Assembly (NCBI GenBank): GCA_047602755.1
Contig: JBLKOM010000001.1
Span: 147,679-211,678, forward strand
DNA from: Candidatus Woesearchaeota archaeon
GTDB lineage: Archaea > Nanobdellota > Nanobdellia > Woesearchaeales > JACJVV01
DNA length: 64,000 bases
Reading direction: 5' to 3'
Below, one piece after another: positions 9,593 through 20,110 of this stretch (within the stretch, counting starts at the first letter, position 1; each line of letters opens with the position of its first letter). A program made the translations under genes and the position numbers. The notes under the pieces are model-generated. The model saw only the letters and a list, made by a program, of their open reading frames with translations. It had not been told where the DNA came from and made no database searches.

Positions 9593-10360
9593 ATGAAATT
9601 AACAATTATCGGTGTATCGCATATTTGGGCTATGTTTCCAGAAGTAAAAAAATTAATCGAAACCATTAATTTTGATCATAACACCAAAATATTTCTTGAA
9701 CCAAAAATAGAAATAATCAAAAAACAAGAATTTTGTACAGAGAAGGCAATACAAAAATATTTTGACAATCTTTTGAATATTCCAAAAATAAAAAAATGCA
9801 AAAAAATAGCATTAAATCCAAGCATAATGCCATCACATAATAGTCAATATTTATATCAAAAATATGCAAGCCAACTTGCTGAAGAAGAATATATGACTGA
9901 AATAATTGCAAAATATGCGAAAAATAATGACATAATAATCATTGGTAATATACACGCAAAAAGAATAGCAAAACTATTAGAAGACAAATCTATACAAACT
10001 AATTATTATAATATTGCACCAATAACACCAGATGATATCTTTGCTAATAATTGGAGAGATGCTATAGAACACCAAAAACAACAAATAATATCAATAACTT
10101 GGTTAAAAGAAATAAATGAAAATATAAGAAAAAAAATGTTACTCCCAAAAAATATTTTAGTCCAAAAATCATGTTGGAACAACAAAACATTATTTAAAAG
10201 ATATTTAGCACTTGCCAAAAGACTCATGATAGAAATTAAACCATACTATGAATACTTTGATAATGAAACAATTATCAGAAGTAAACTATTGAAGAATGAT
10301 TCTAAAGTATTATTACAACAAGCATTCCAAGAAGAAGAACATATTTTAGAAAGCTATTAA
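9593..10360 (+). CDS. Hypothetical protein
   Basis: 255-aa ORF with own promoter; GVSH...FLE...GNIH pattern weakly suggests a TraB/ChaN-like fold. Confidence 0.65.
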   Translation: MKLTIIGVSHIWAMFPEVKKLIETINFDHNTKIFLEPKIEIIKKQEFCTEKAIQKYFDNLLNIPKIKKCKKIALNPSIMPSHNSQYLYQKYASQLAEEEYMTEIIAKYAKNNDIIIIGNIHAKRIAKLLEDKSIQTNYYNIAPITPDDIFANNWRDAIEHQKQQIISITWLKEINENIRKKMLLPKNILVQKSCWNNKTLFKRYLALAKRLMIEIKPYYEYFDNETIIRSKLLKNDSKVLLQQAFQEEEHILESY

Positions 10361-10407
10361 TTAAAAAATTATATCCCATGCATTTTTTTAAAGATTAAAA
10401 ATATATT

Positions 10408-11706
10408 CTAATTTAGAAAATCATTAATAGAATGTCTATCATTAATTTCTCCACTAATGTTAGTAAGCATTAATTTCTTAACATCTTGTGAGTCTTTTGC
10501 ATGTGCAAGAACATACCCTAACTTACAATAACTTGTTTCAAGAAGCATATCCCCAACAAATATACACCCAATATCAAGAGACAATTTACGTAAATTAGTA
10601 TAAACATAAGGATTAACTCTTCCATAAACTGTTTGTGATGAAATAATTATATGAACTCCTTTTTTCTTAGCACGCTTGAGAGAATCGACCAAAGAAAATT
10701 TACCGTTAACAGCTACATGGCCTAAAGCAGTTGCACCAATTACCAATCCTTTATATCCTTGATCAACATAAAAATCAATAATCTTTGGATTTAATCCAGG
10801 ATGCTGAAGAATTAAACCTACTTTTTCTTCATACTTTGCATCAAGAATACATTTTTTACCTGTAACATCAGATTTTTTTATATAATTTTCATTAACTATT
10901 TCTATTTTCCCAGACGGAAATACCTTTGCTAATGCCTGCTCATTAATAGGTCTAAAAGCATCTCTTCGTGAAGTATGCATTTTACGAACTTTTGTACCTC
11001 TAATCAAAAGACAATAATCATCATTAACAGTTCCATGCATACAAGTAGCTATAACAGCACCATCAAAAGATGAAGCAGAAATAATTGCACATTTCAAATT
11101 CATAAAAGCATCAGTACTTGCTCTATCTATACTTCTTTGAGATGCAGTAAAAATAACTGGCTTATTTAAATCTCTAAGAAAAAAAGAAACAGCACTTGTT
11201 ATATAGTGCATAGTATCAGTACCAACAGTTGCTACAATTCCATCAACATCATCACGTTTTATTTCTGTATGAATTGCAGTAGCTATCTTTTTCCATTCAT
11301 CCCATGCAATATCTTCAGTCATAACAGACATGACTTTTTTAGCTTCAATATTTGCAAAATCCATTAACGAGGGTTCCATTGCAACAAAATCCTCTGCAGT
11401 ATAATCAGCATATACTCCTCCAGTAGTATAATCTATTTTACTAGAAATAGTACCACCAAAACTAAGAATTGAAATATTAGGTAATTTAGGATTTTTTTTT
11501 AATTTCTTAAAATTTGATTTTATAACTTTATGTTTTTCAAGAACTTTCATAGAGCTAACTTCAGATTTCTTTAAACCAATATTATATCCATTGTCTAATT
11601 TAATAACTAATACATCATCATCCATCATAGAAGATCTAGGCATTAATATACCTACCATTAATTTATCTTTATACTTAAATTGAACTTTATCACCTGAATT
11701 AGCCAT
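10408..11706 (-). CDS. gatD: Glu-tRNA(Gln) amidotransferase subunit D
   Basis: KLDNGYNIG, GGTISSKIDYTTG, GTDT, SQRSIDR, KMHTSRRDAF. Confidence 0.97.
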   Translation of the reverse strand: MANSGDKVQFKYKDKLMVGILMPRSSMMDDDVLVIKLDNGYNIGLKKSEVSSMKVLEKHKVIKSNFKKLKKNPKLPNISILSFGGTISSKIDYTTGGVYADYTAEDFVAMEPSLMDFANIEAKKVMSVMTEDIAWDEWKKIATAIHTEIKRDDVDGIVATVGTDTMHYITSAVSFFLRDLNKPVIFTASQRSIDRASTDAFMNLKCAIISASSFDGAVIATCMHGTVNDDYCLLIRGTKVRKMHTSRRDAFRPINEQALAKVFPSGKIEIVNENYIKKSDVTGKKCILDAKYEEKVGLILQHPGLNPKIIDFYVDQGYKGLVIGATALGHVAVNGKFSLVDSLKRAKKKGVHIIISSQTVYGRVNPYVYTNLRKLSLDIGCIFVGDMLLETSYCKLGYVLAHAKDSQDVKKLMLTNISGEINDRHSINDFLN

Positions 11707-11887
11707 TATAAGAGAATTGTAAGAAACAATATATAAAAGTTATGTTAAAAAACACAAACAAATAATAAAATAATATATTGATAAAAACTAATTATTTGTA
11801 GAATATTTTTTATAACTAAATTATTTAGAATAACATTTATTTATTATAATATGATAGTTAATTTTACAAGTAAAAAGATAAATTTAC

Positions 11888-11924
11888 TTACTATAAAGTA
11901 ATTACAAGTATAAAGATTTATAAA
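11888..11924 (+). promoter_or_regulatory. TATA promoter with upstream palindromic motif
   Basis: TTAC-TATAAA-GTAA-TTACAA-GTAT-AAAGA-TTTATAAA; same spacing as 9535-9571. Confidence 0.6.
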
Positions 11925-11951
11925 GAATAAACAATTAATATTAGCCTGAAT

Positions 11952-12554
11952 ATGGGCGAAACAACATATATTGTCATTGACGAAGATGAAAAAATAATTG
12001 TACCATCTGGGCACTATGGAAGTTTAGATGCATTTGTAGCCAGCTTAACAACTAACCCTACAACAATTACTGAATTCAACATAAACTATCAAAAACTTAC
12101 AGGTGAACGATTTTTCTATGATGGCAATAGACCTAAAGTGCCAGAGGACATATCATTACATACAATCAGAATAGTTTTAGGTATGCAAGGAGCAAGTGAT
12201 AAAGAAGTATTGGCTCATTGGAAAAATTCAAGTTTATATGAAGAACCAAACTATCACTCATATAATCCTGATGAGAAAACTGATTTTGATATCCCAGAAT
12301 TAAGTCAAACAATAATCAATGAATGGAAAGAAAATGATCCTGATGCTGAAGAATTCGCAACAGCAAATGATTACAGGAGATTTTTATGTAATGATGGAAT
12401 TGTTATTGCAGATTTAAGAAAGAAAGAAATAAGATACATCACAAGTGCAGGATTTAATATTCCAAGAAGTAGACCAACAGATGACGATAAAATACTTAGA
12501 TTAAATGTAATTGAATACAAATTACCTAATGAATGGAAGATAATAACCGAATAA
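11952..12554 (+). CDS. Hypothetical protein
   Basis: 200-aa ORF with own promoter; no family recognised. Confidence 0.65.
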   Translation: MGETTYIVIDEDEKIIVPSGHYGSLDAFVASLTTNPTTITEFNINYQKLTGERFFYDGNRPKVPEDISLHTIRIVLGMQGASDKEVLAHWKNSSLYEEPNYHSYNPDEKTDFDIPELSQTIINEWKENDPDAEEFATANDYRRFLCNDGIVIADLRKKEIRYITSAGFNIPRSRPTDDDKILRLNVIEYKLPNEWKIITE

Positions 12555-12600
12555 ATTTAAAACAGAATTTTTTCCTATACTAAAAGATATATCAAAACAA

Positions 12601-13221
12601 TCATATATTGATCATACTCTCAAATAAATCAAAAATATCTTGTAACAATTTATCCATTTCATCACGTTTAATATCCTTACGTATTCTTAATAAAACAGAA
12701 GCTGATTCATTATGTTTAATGTAACGATTTATTGTATCAGGAATTGCATTTGGTATTTTCTCTCCTAATACATAAAGATGAGCAACAATTAAAGGTAAAA
12801 TTCTCGGAATAACACTATACAAAATACGTCTAATATCCCAAGACCATTTAGTATTCAATAATTCATTACGCAAATTAACCAAAATGCGATTAGCTTCATA
12901 TTTAATTTGACGTTTTATTCTTGTAGTATCAATAGTTGCATCTTTAAAAATATCATTTCCATATAAAACAACTGAAGTTAATTTAATGTTAAGAAAATCA
13001 ACGCCTATATTTTTTTTAGTAACATTTTCTTTAGTAAGAACAAGTAAATTTTTTTGTTTTCGTATTCTTCTAATTAAAGGTCGAATCTTCAACAAATAAT
13101 CAATATCCATTTCCTCTAATACAACTAATATATTCCTTTTACCAAAACCATATTTAATGATTGAATGTATATGATCATTAAATACATCTTTCAATTTTTT
13201 TATATCTTCTATATCATGCAT
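12601..13221 (-). CDS. Degenerate nucleotidyltransferase-fold protein
   Basis: SIIKYG...NILVVL...VVLYGNDIF followed by a helical domain; GS and DxD motifs missing. Confidence 0.5.
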   Translation of the reverse strand: MHDIEDIKKLKDVFNDHIHSIIKYGFGKRNILVVLEEMDIDYLLKIRPLIRRIRKQKNLLVLTKENVTKKNIGVDFLNIKLTSVVLYGNDIFKDATIDTTRIKRQIKYEANRILVNLRNELLNTKWSWDIRRILYSVIPRILPLIVAHLYVLGEKIPNAIPDTINRYIKHNESASVLLRIRKDIKRDEMDKLLQDIFDLFESMINI

Positions 13222-13253
13222 TTTTATCGAATTAAATTTTTTAAAACAAAAAA

Positions 13254-13994
13254 CTATAATTCAATCATTTCACATTGTATTTTAAACTTTTTGGTTATAG
13301 AATGAGATAACTTAATCATGCCCAATCTTTCAGTTTCATAATGACCAGCAATAATCATATTTACACCAAGATCTTTAGCGTCAACAATATCACCATATTT
13401 AGCATCACCTACAATCAAACAATCAAAATGATTTGCTGTCTCTTCAACTGCAAAACTTCCAGTTCCTGAGACTATTGCAATACTACCAACCTCATTAGGA
13501 CCGTTTTGAATAATCATACTATCAGTTTTTAATTTTGAATCAATCATCTCCTTAAGACTTTCTAAACTAAGTTTTCTTCGTAAATTACCTGATATCCCAA
13601 AATAATTACCATCTATTTTACCAAATTTACTAATTCCATGCATCCCGATCTCATTTGCTATATTAACTCCATGTGAATATTTTTTATGAATATCTAAAGG
13701 TAAATGAGCAACATATACAGAGATATTATTTTTAACTAATAATTTTATTTTTCGTGATAATAAGCCAGTAATAATTTTAGGAGGTTGCCAAATTAAAGCA
13801 TGATGAGCAATTATCATATTACATTCTTGTTCAATTGCTTTTTTTATTGTCTTAAGAGAAACATCAACTGCAACCCCAATTTTTTTAACTTCTTTAGAAC
13901 CCTGAAACTGAAGTCCATTACAACATTTATCAGCAACACTATTAATCTCTATTTCTTTATCCAAATAATCAACAATTTCTTGAAGCTCAACCAT
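13254..13994 (-). CDS. Nif3-like dinuclear metal protein (GTP cyclohydrolase 1 type 2)
   Basis: NGLQ, AHHAL, HLPLDIH, AGHYETE. Confidence 0.93.
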   Translation of the reverse strand: MVELQEIVDYLDKEIEINSVADKCCNGLQFQGSKEVKKIGVAVDVSLKTIKKAIEQECNMIIAHHALIWQPPKIITGLLSRKIKLLVKNNISVYVAHLPLDIHKKYSHGVNIANEIGMHGISKFGKIDGNYFGISGNLRRKLSLESLKEMIDSKLKTDSMIIQNGPNEVGSIAIVSGTGSFAVEETANHFDCLIVGDAKYGDIVDAKDLGVNMIIAGHYETERLGMIKLSHSITKKFKIQCEMIEL

Positions 13995-14104
13995 TATATG
14001 TGATTAATAACTATAGCATTTTTATTATTTACTATATTTTATAATAAAACTTAGTATTCATAAATACAACTAATACTAAAACTAAATATTATGATAGAAT
14101 TAAT

Positions 14105-16411
14105 TTATCCAAAATAATTTGGTTTTTCTTCAATCATTTGTCGTCCAGCAGCTGATGTAAAATTCTCTTTAAGTTGCTCATAACCTTCTTTAATTTGTTG
14201 AGTAACAGATGGTCGTACTTTCTTAATTGCAGCTTCAAAATATTTCTTAGAAATTTCTTTTACATTCAAATCCTCTCTAAGTGCAAGCATCGCTGCTTCC
14301 CTACATATACTTTCAATATCTGCACCAACATATCCTTCTGTTTTTGCAGCTAATTCTTTTAAATCAACATTCTTAAGTGGCATATTCTTAGTATGAACTT
14401 TAAATATTTCAAGTCTACCTTGCTCATCAGGAGCACCTAAAAGAACAATTCTATCAATTCTTCCTGGTCGAAGTAATGCTGTATCTAATCTATCTGGCCT
14501 ATTAGTTGCAGCAATAACAACTACATCACTCATTTGTTCAAGACCATCCATCTCTGTTAGTAATTGATTAACAACACTATCATGAACTTGTGAACCCCCA
14601 TTATCACTCATAGCACCTCGTGCAGGAACTAAGCTATCAACTTCATCAAAAAATACAATACAAGGACTTGCTTGTCTTGCTTTCTTAAATACTTCACGAA
14701 CAGCTTTCTCACTTTCTCCTACCCACTTAACTAGTAATTCAGGACCTTTAACAGATATAAAATTTGCTTCACTCTCTTTAGCTACAGCTCTTGCAAGAAG
14801 AGTCTTACCTGTACCTGGAGGCCCATAAAGTAAGATTCCCTTAGGTGGTTTTATACCTAATTTCAAAAATGAATCAGGATGTTTTAGAGGCCATTCAACA
14901 GCTTCTTTAACTTCTTGTTTAACATCTTCCAAGCCACCTACTGCTTCCCAACCAATACTTGGTTTTTCAATTAAAACTTCACGAAGTGTAGAAGGTCTTA
15001 CAACTTTTAATGCATCTATAAAATCCTCACGTAGAATACGCAATTTTTCAAGATCAGCCTTTGAAATAGTTATTTCTTTTTCATCTTTTTTTATACTTTG
15101 CAAATCAGGAAATGCTTTTCTAAGACGAACCATTGCAGCTTCTTTTGCTAATGAAGCTAAATCAGCACCAACAAAACCATGTGTAACACTGGATATTTCA
15201 TCAAGAAGAACACTCTTATCAAGTGGCATATTTCTTGTATGAATCTTTAAAATATTAAGACGACCTTCTTTGTTAGGAACTGCAATTTCTATTTCTCTAT
15301 CAAATCTTCCAGGACGTCGTAGTGCAGGATCTAATGCATTAGGAATATTTGTAGCTGCAATTACTACAACTTTCCCACGTGACTTCAACCCATCCATTAT
15401 ACTAAGTAATTGAGCAACAACACGTTTCTCAACATCGCCGTGAGTTTCCTCACGTTTAGAAGCAATTGCATCTATTTCGTCAATAAAAATAATACTTGGT
15501 GCATTTTTTTCTGCATCCTCAAAAATTTTTCTTAAATTAGCCTCACTTTGTCCATAAAACTTAGACATTATTTCAGGGCCATTAATAACATGAAAATTAC
15601 TATTTGTTTCGCTTGCAACTGCCTTAGCAAGTAAAGTTTTTCCTGTCCCTGGAGGACCATGAAGTAATACTCCCTTTGGAGGATCAATTCCAAGTCTTTC
15701 AAATAATTCAGGATATTTTAATGGTAATTCAATCATTTCTCTAACTTTTTTTATTTCTTCTTCAAGTCCACCAACATCTTCATAAGATAAATCAGGAATT
15801 TCTTCTTCATCTTTAACTTCAACAGCTTCAGGATTAAAAACAACTTCAGTGCTTTCTGTAATTATTACTCCACCTTTTGGAACAACATCAACTACTACAA
15901 GTTTTAAATCACCAAAACCAAAACCAGCCATACTTTCATCAAGCATTGAGAATACATCTTCAAAAAAAGGAGAATGTGACATTGCACTTTTTCTAGACCT
16001 AGTTCCACCAAGGCTAATTATATCACCTTTCAAAACTGCTCTTCCAAGAAGACCATGTTTAAAAATATAAGGGGAAGCTCGAATAATTATTTCTTTTCTT
16101 GCAGGTGCTATTATTACTTTTTTTGCTTCTTTTACATCTACAGCCTTATCAACTTTAACTATTTCACCAATACCTGTTTTAGCGTTTCTACGTATAAGGC
16201 CATCCATACGAATTATGTTTAAACCAATATCACCAGGATATGCTCTATCAACAATACCTAAAGATTTTCTTTGACCTTCAATATTAACAATATCTCCAGA
16301 CTTAACATCAATTTCTTTCATGTACTTAGAATCAATTCTAACTATTCCTTTATTTACATCATCTTGTACTGCTTCGGCAACTTTAAGTGTAACAGGTTGT
16401 TTTTCTACCAT
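14105..16411 (-). CDS. cdc48: CDC48/VCP family AAA+ ATPase
   Basis: N-domain plus two AAA modules (GPPGTGKT x2, IDEID/FDEVD, RPGRF/RPGRI). Confidence 0.97.
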   Translation of the reverse strand: MVEKQPVTLKVAEAVQDDVNKGIVRIDSKYMKEIDVKSGDIVNIEGQRKSLGIVDRAYPGDIGLNIIRMDGLIRRNAKTGIGEIVKVDKAVDVKEAKKVIIAPARKEIIIRASPYIFKHGLLGRAVLKGDIISLGGTRSRKSAMSHSPFFEDVFSMLDESMAGFGFGDLKLVVVDVVPKGGVIITESTEVVFNPEAVEVKDEEEIPDLSYEDVGGLEEEIKKVREMIELPLKYPELFERLGIDPPKGVLLHGPPGTGKTLLAKAVASETNSNFHVINGPEIMSKFYGQSEANLRKIFEDAEKNAPSIIFIDEIDAIASKREETHGDVEKRVVAQLLSIMDGLKSRGKVVVIAATNIPNALDPALRRPGRFDREIEIAVPNKEGRLNILKIHTRNMPLDKSVLLDEISSVTHGFVGADLASLAKEAAMVRLRKAFPDLQSIKKDEKEITISKADLEKLRILREDFIDALKVVRPSTLREVLIEKPSIGWEAVGGLEDVKQEVKEAVEWPLKHPDSFLKLGIKPPKGILLYGPPGTGKTLLARAVAKESEANFISVKGPELLVKWVGESEKAVREVFKKARQASPCIVFFDEVDSLVPARGAMSDNGGSQVHDSVVNQLLTEMDGLEQMSDVVVIAATNRPDRLDTALLRPGRIDRIVLLGAPDEQGRLEIFKVHTKNMPLKNVDLKELAAKTEGYVGADIESICREAAMLALREDLNVKEISKKYFEAAIKKVRPSVTQQIKEGYEQLKENFTSAAGRQMIEEKPNYFG

Positions 16412-16456
16412 TGTGATTAAAAGACATATCAGCTAAAATCAAACATTAAAACTTAA

Positions 16457-16873
16457 TTATTCTTTTTTATTAGTTTGTATCTTAGGCAATGGAATTGGAG
16501 CAGGTAATAAAATATCCTTACTCATAATTAAAGCTTGAATAGTTGATTTATTCAAAATATGTGTCATAACTTGATGAGTTAATTCTTTATCAAGAGTTTT
16601 ATTCTTTTTCCATTGAGCCAAACTATCATTTATCTTTGCTTGGTCCTCAACTATTAAAACCTCTCCATTTAAACTAATTTTACCAATTTTAGGTTCATAA
16701 TCGCATATATAATTAAACTCAACTCTTAATCCTTTATTATCTTTAGAACCTAAATTAACATCTATTTCTTTAACATCACTAAGCATAATATTGTTATTTA
16801 TGTTTACTTTACCTGTTACAGGTGCTAATTTTTCAGCTGAAATTTTTATAAAATTAAATCCTACAATTGTCAT
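16457..16873 (-). CDS. Conserved archaeal hypothetical protein (possible SecB-like fold)
   Basis: Start MTIVGFNF with GGAGG SD; ends LPAPIPLPKI; co-oriented upstream of cdc48. Confidence 0.75.
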   Translation of the reverse strand: MTIVGFNFIKISAEKLAPVTGKVNINNNIMLSDVKEIDVNLGSKDNKGLRVEFNYICDYEPKIGKISLNGEVLIVEDQAKINDSLAQWKKNKTLDKELTHQVMTHILNKSTIQALIMSKDILLPAPIPLPKIQTNKKE

Positions 16874-17232
16874 GATTATCCCTCCAAAATGATAATAATA
16901 TGGTGATATTAGTCTTGTTTTATAAAGATTATGGATACAAAAACAAATAATAAATATAATTAAATCTAACAAATAAAATAACTAAATAAATTAATAAACA
17001 AAATAATTATTATCCATATATAAATACCTTAATTTGCTAATACAATTTATGATTCCTATTAAGAAATATTCTAAAATATAATACGATAAAAATCAAATAT
17101 AGTAAATGACATTATTTATTTGTAAAGATTATTGTAATTTATTATTTAGATTAGGACATGATTTACAAAATATTAATTTCACAATCAAATATTTCAAAAT
17201 TTATTTAAACTTACTACAATATACCTTTAGAT

Positions 17233-18033
17233 ATGATAATTGATGTACATATACATTTAGACCATGAACTATATAAAAACGATATAGATAATGTTATTAA
17301 AAAAGCAGAAAAAGCTGGTGTTGTTAAGATCATCTCAGCAGGGTTAGACAAAAATAGTTCTAAAGAATGCATTAAAATTTCAAAAAAATATAGCATTGTA
17401 GAAGCTGCAGCGGGGATATACCCTCCTGATGCCCTTTTTAATGAAGGATTCTATACAGAAAAAAAAGAATATATATACGACACACTTAATGAAGATATTG
17501 AATTTATTAAAAATAATTCTAAATCCATAATAGCAATAGGAGAATGTGGACTAGATTTACATTCTGGAAAAGATATAGAATTCCAAAAAAATGTGTTTAG
17601 AGAAATGATAAAATTATCAATAGAACTTGATAAGCCAATAGTAATACATTCAAGAAAAGCAGAACAGGAAGTGTTAGATGTATTAAAAGAATTTAAAGAA
17701 TTAAAACCTGAAAAAGTAATAATGCATTGTTTTTCAGGGAAAAAAAAACTAATTGATGAATGCATTCAAAGAAAATATAATTTTTCTATTCCAACAAATA
17801 TTGTAAGAGCAGAAAATTTTAAAGAATTAGTTAAAAAAGCCCCTATAAAAACACTATTGACAGAAACAGATGGACCATATCTATCTCCATATAAAAATCA
17901 AGACAAAAGTTTTAATAGAAATGAACCTTCGTATATTATAGAAACAATCAAACAAATATCTGAAATAAAAAAAATAACTATTGAAGATTGCAAAAATCAA
18001 ATATTTCTAAATTATCAAAAAATTTTTTCATAA
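17233..18033 (+). CDS. tatD: TatD family DNase
   Basis: DVHIH, IGECGLD, HSRKAE, HCFSG, ETDGPYL. Confidence 0.95.
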   Translation: MIIDVHIHLDHELYKNDIDNVIKKAEKAGVVKIISAGLDKNSSKECIKISKKYSIVEAAAGIYPPDALFNEGFYTEKKEYIYDTLNEDIEFIKNNSKSIIAIGECGLDLHSGKDIEFQKNVFREMIKLSIELDKPIVIHSRKAEQEVLDVLKEFKELKPEKVIMHCFSGKKKLIDECIQRKYNFSIPTNIVRAENFKELVKKAPIKTLLTETDGPYLSPYKNQDKSFNRNEPSYIIETIKQISEIKKITIEDCKNQIFLNYQKIFS

Positions 18034-18734
18034 TCATCACTTGGATTCTTTAAAACATCGTCTACTAGATTACTATCCCACCCATTATCTATAAGAGCAT
18101 TTCTAATAACATCTTCTGTGTATCCAGTATTATATGATTCTCTAATATAATCTTCTAACTTAGTTCGCAAAGATTCTTGAATTTCTCGATTTTGAAAAGA
18201 AAAATGAGATGAAACTACAAAAACTGTTAATATAGCCAAAAAAATTGAAGGAATAATAACAAATATTAAGTTTTGAGTACTTGAATCATCATAAATCAAT
18301 AAATTATCAGTTAATAACAAATTATTATTATTATTATCATTACCATCGAGATCAACTAAATTATCATGCATACCTTGGTTAATTATTTCTCGACTCATTT
18401 CTTGATTTATTTCCTGATTTATTTCTTGAGATAAGTTATTAGCATTATTATTATCATCAATAGTAAGAATTCTTCTAAAATTTGGAGGATTTGAAGCTTG
18501 TCTTTGTACTGAACTATCATTATCAGAAATAACATTCCCAGTTATTAATGAACCTGAAAAAGAAAAATTTGAATTAAAACTAAATAAATTATTAAGAAAA
18601 TTAGAACTTGGCATTACAACAGAAAAAATTAACAATAACCCAATAAATAATACAAAAAACTCATTAGGCAATATTTCCAATTTCAGATTGTTTTTTTTCT
18701 GGAACATTTTTGACTTATTCTCTTTAAATAACAA
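18015..18734 (-). CDS. Membrane-anchored hypothetical protein with C-terminal 'GY...L...GW' helical domain
   Basis: Two TM segments, ITGNVI motif, YIRESYNTGYTEDVIRNALIDNGW. Confidence 0.6.
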   Translation of the reverse strand: MLFKENKSKMFQKKNNLKLEILPNEFFVLFIGLLLIFSVVMPSSNFLNNLFSFNSNFSFSGSLITGNVISDNDSSVQRQASNPPNFRRILTIDDNNNANNLSQEINQEINQEMSREIINQGMHDNLVDLDGNDNNNNNLLLTDNLLIYDDSSTQNLIFVIIPSIFLAILTVFVVSSHFSFQNREIQESLRTKLEDYIRESYNTGYTEDVIRNALIDNGWDSNLVDDVLKNPSDDYEKIF

Positions 18735-18741
18735 ATATCAT

Positions 18742-18933
18742 TTATTTTATCCAATAATGTAGTTTAGCCATTCCAACATTCCTAATTCTTACTTTATTAG
18801 CACCTTTTAATTCAGCTAAAGCAATAGCTACAGTATTTCTTGATATCTTCAAAGCAGATGATATCTCCATTATTGTAAGTCCATCTGTATTTTTTTTCAA
18901 AATTTCAATGACTTTTTCTAGTTTTTTTCCCAT
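18742..18933 (-). CDS. Small winged-HTH protein
   Basis: GLTIMEISSALKISRNTVAIALAELKG...VGMAKLH. Confidence 0.85.
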   Translation of the reverse strand: MGKKLEKVIEILKKNTDGLTIMEISSALKISRNTVAIALAELKGANKVRIRNVGMAKLHYWIK

Positions 18934-19138
18934 ATTCTTAAAAAATAAAATAATTAAGCAATAATGCTCAGTAATAATAATAAATATTAATGTAATTTAA
19001 TAATAAATATCATCACTGCATTTATAATATATTAAGCTTTCGGTTAGATAGTACAAATAAACCACAAAAATAACAAATATTCTTAAAATTATTATATATA
19101 TAGAAAAATATTTATTCTAATAGTACTACATATCAAAT

Positions 19139-19564
19139 ATGAAGATAGAAATTGATACAAAAAACGATTCTAAAGAAGAAATTAAACATGCAATTAAAAT
19201 ATTAATGGCTACAATAGGTGAAGAAAAAGAAATTTTTTCAAATACAGAACCTAAAAGTTTTTTCAGTAATAATAACGATAATAACAATACTAAAGATAAA
19301 GATGATTACATTAACCTATTTGCATCAAATGAAGAAATCCACGAAAAAAGTAATTATAATAATTCTGATAATAATACTAATCCATTAGCAAATTTTTTTG
19401 GAAGCAGCGAGAGTAATAATAATTTAAATCAAAATATAGAAAACAAGAGTCAAACTGAAAATAATGAAGAAGATCAATTAAGCTTTTTTAAAGAGTATGA
19501 TGATGATGATAACGATAATAGCGTTGAAAGCAATGAAAAAAAGCCAAAAATTCAATTCTATTAA
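19139..19564 (+). CDS. Hypothetical protein, low-complexity acidic/Asn-rich
   Basis: Ordered-looking N-terminus MKIEIDT..DS.EEIKHAI and C-terminal PKIQFY. Confidence 0.7.
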   Translation: MKIEIDTKNDSKEEIKHAIKILMATIGEEKEIFSNTEPKSFFSNNNDNNNTKDKDDYINLFASNEEIHEKSNYNNSDNNTNPLANFFGSSESNNNLNQNIENKSQTENNEEDQLSFFKEYDDDDNDNSVESNEKKPKIQFY

Positions 19565-19635
19565 AATTAAATAAATTATAAACGCTTAGAAAGATATTAA
19601 ACATAAAAACTATAACAAAATACAATTAATCAAAA

Positions 19636-20055
19636 ATGGAATATAAATATTTAAAAGACTTAACCTCAGATGTAGCATTTAATGCATATGGTAATACATT
19701 TGAAGAAACATTATCAAACTCAGGTAAAGCATTACTTAATATAATGTGTGAAATCAAAAAAGTAAAAAATAAGGAAATACGAGAAATAACAGTAAAAGGT
19801 AATAATAATAAAGAGATATTGTTTAATTTTCTTCAATCTTTAATAGTAGAAGTTGAAATTGAACAAATGTTTTTTTGTGATTTTAAAATTAATATCATAA
19901 AAAAAAAAGAAATAAAAGTAATATGCTATGGTGAGGAAATAAATCCAAGAATACAAAGAACACATGTTAAAGCACTAACAAATTATTTATTTAATCTTCA
20001 AGAAAAAAATAAAAAAAACAACCAATATATAGCAACTGTTAGTGTAGATATTTAA
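19636..20055 (+). CDS. Archease (RtcB activator)
   Basis: YKYL..TSDVAFNAYG, VKALT, terminal VDI; near rtcB. Confidence 0.9.
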   Translation: MEYKYLKDLTSDVAFNAYGNTFEETLSNSGKALLNIMCEIKKVKNKEIREITVKGNNNKEILFNFLQSLIVEVEIEQMFFCDFKINIIKKKEIKVICYGEEINPRIQRTHVKALTNYLFNLQEKNKKNNQYIATVSVDI

Positions 20056-20110
20056 GTAAAAAATAATAAAAGATTAAATTGAATAAAATAAAACAAAAGA
20101 ATACAATAAG

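Noticed and set aside
16874-16972. N-terminal extension of ORF 16457-16972
   Set aside because: The SD and ATG at 16873 give a better start; the extension covers the likely promoter
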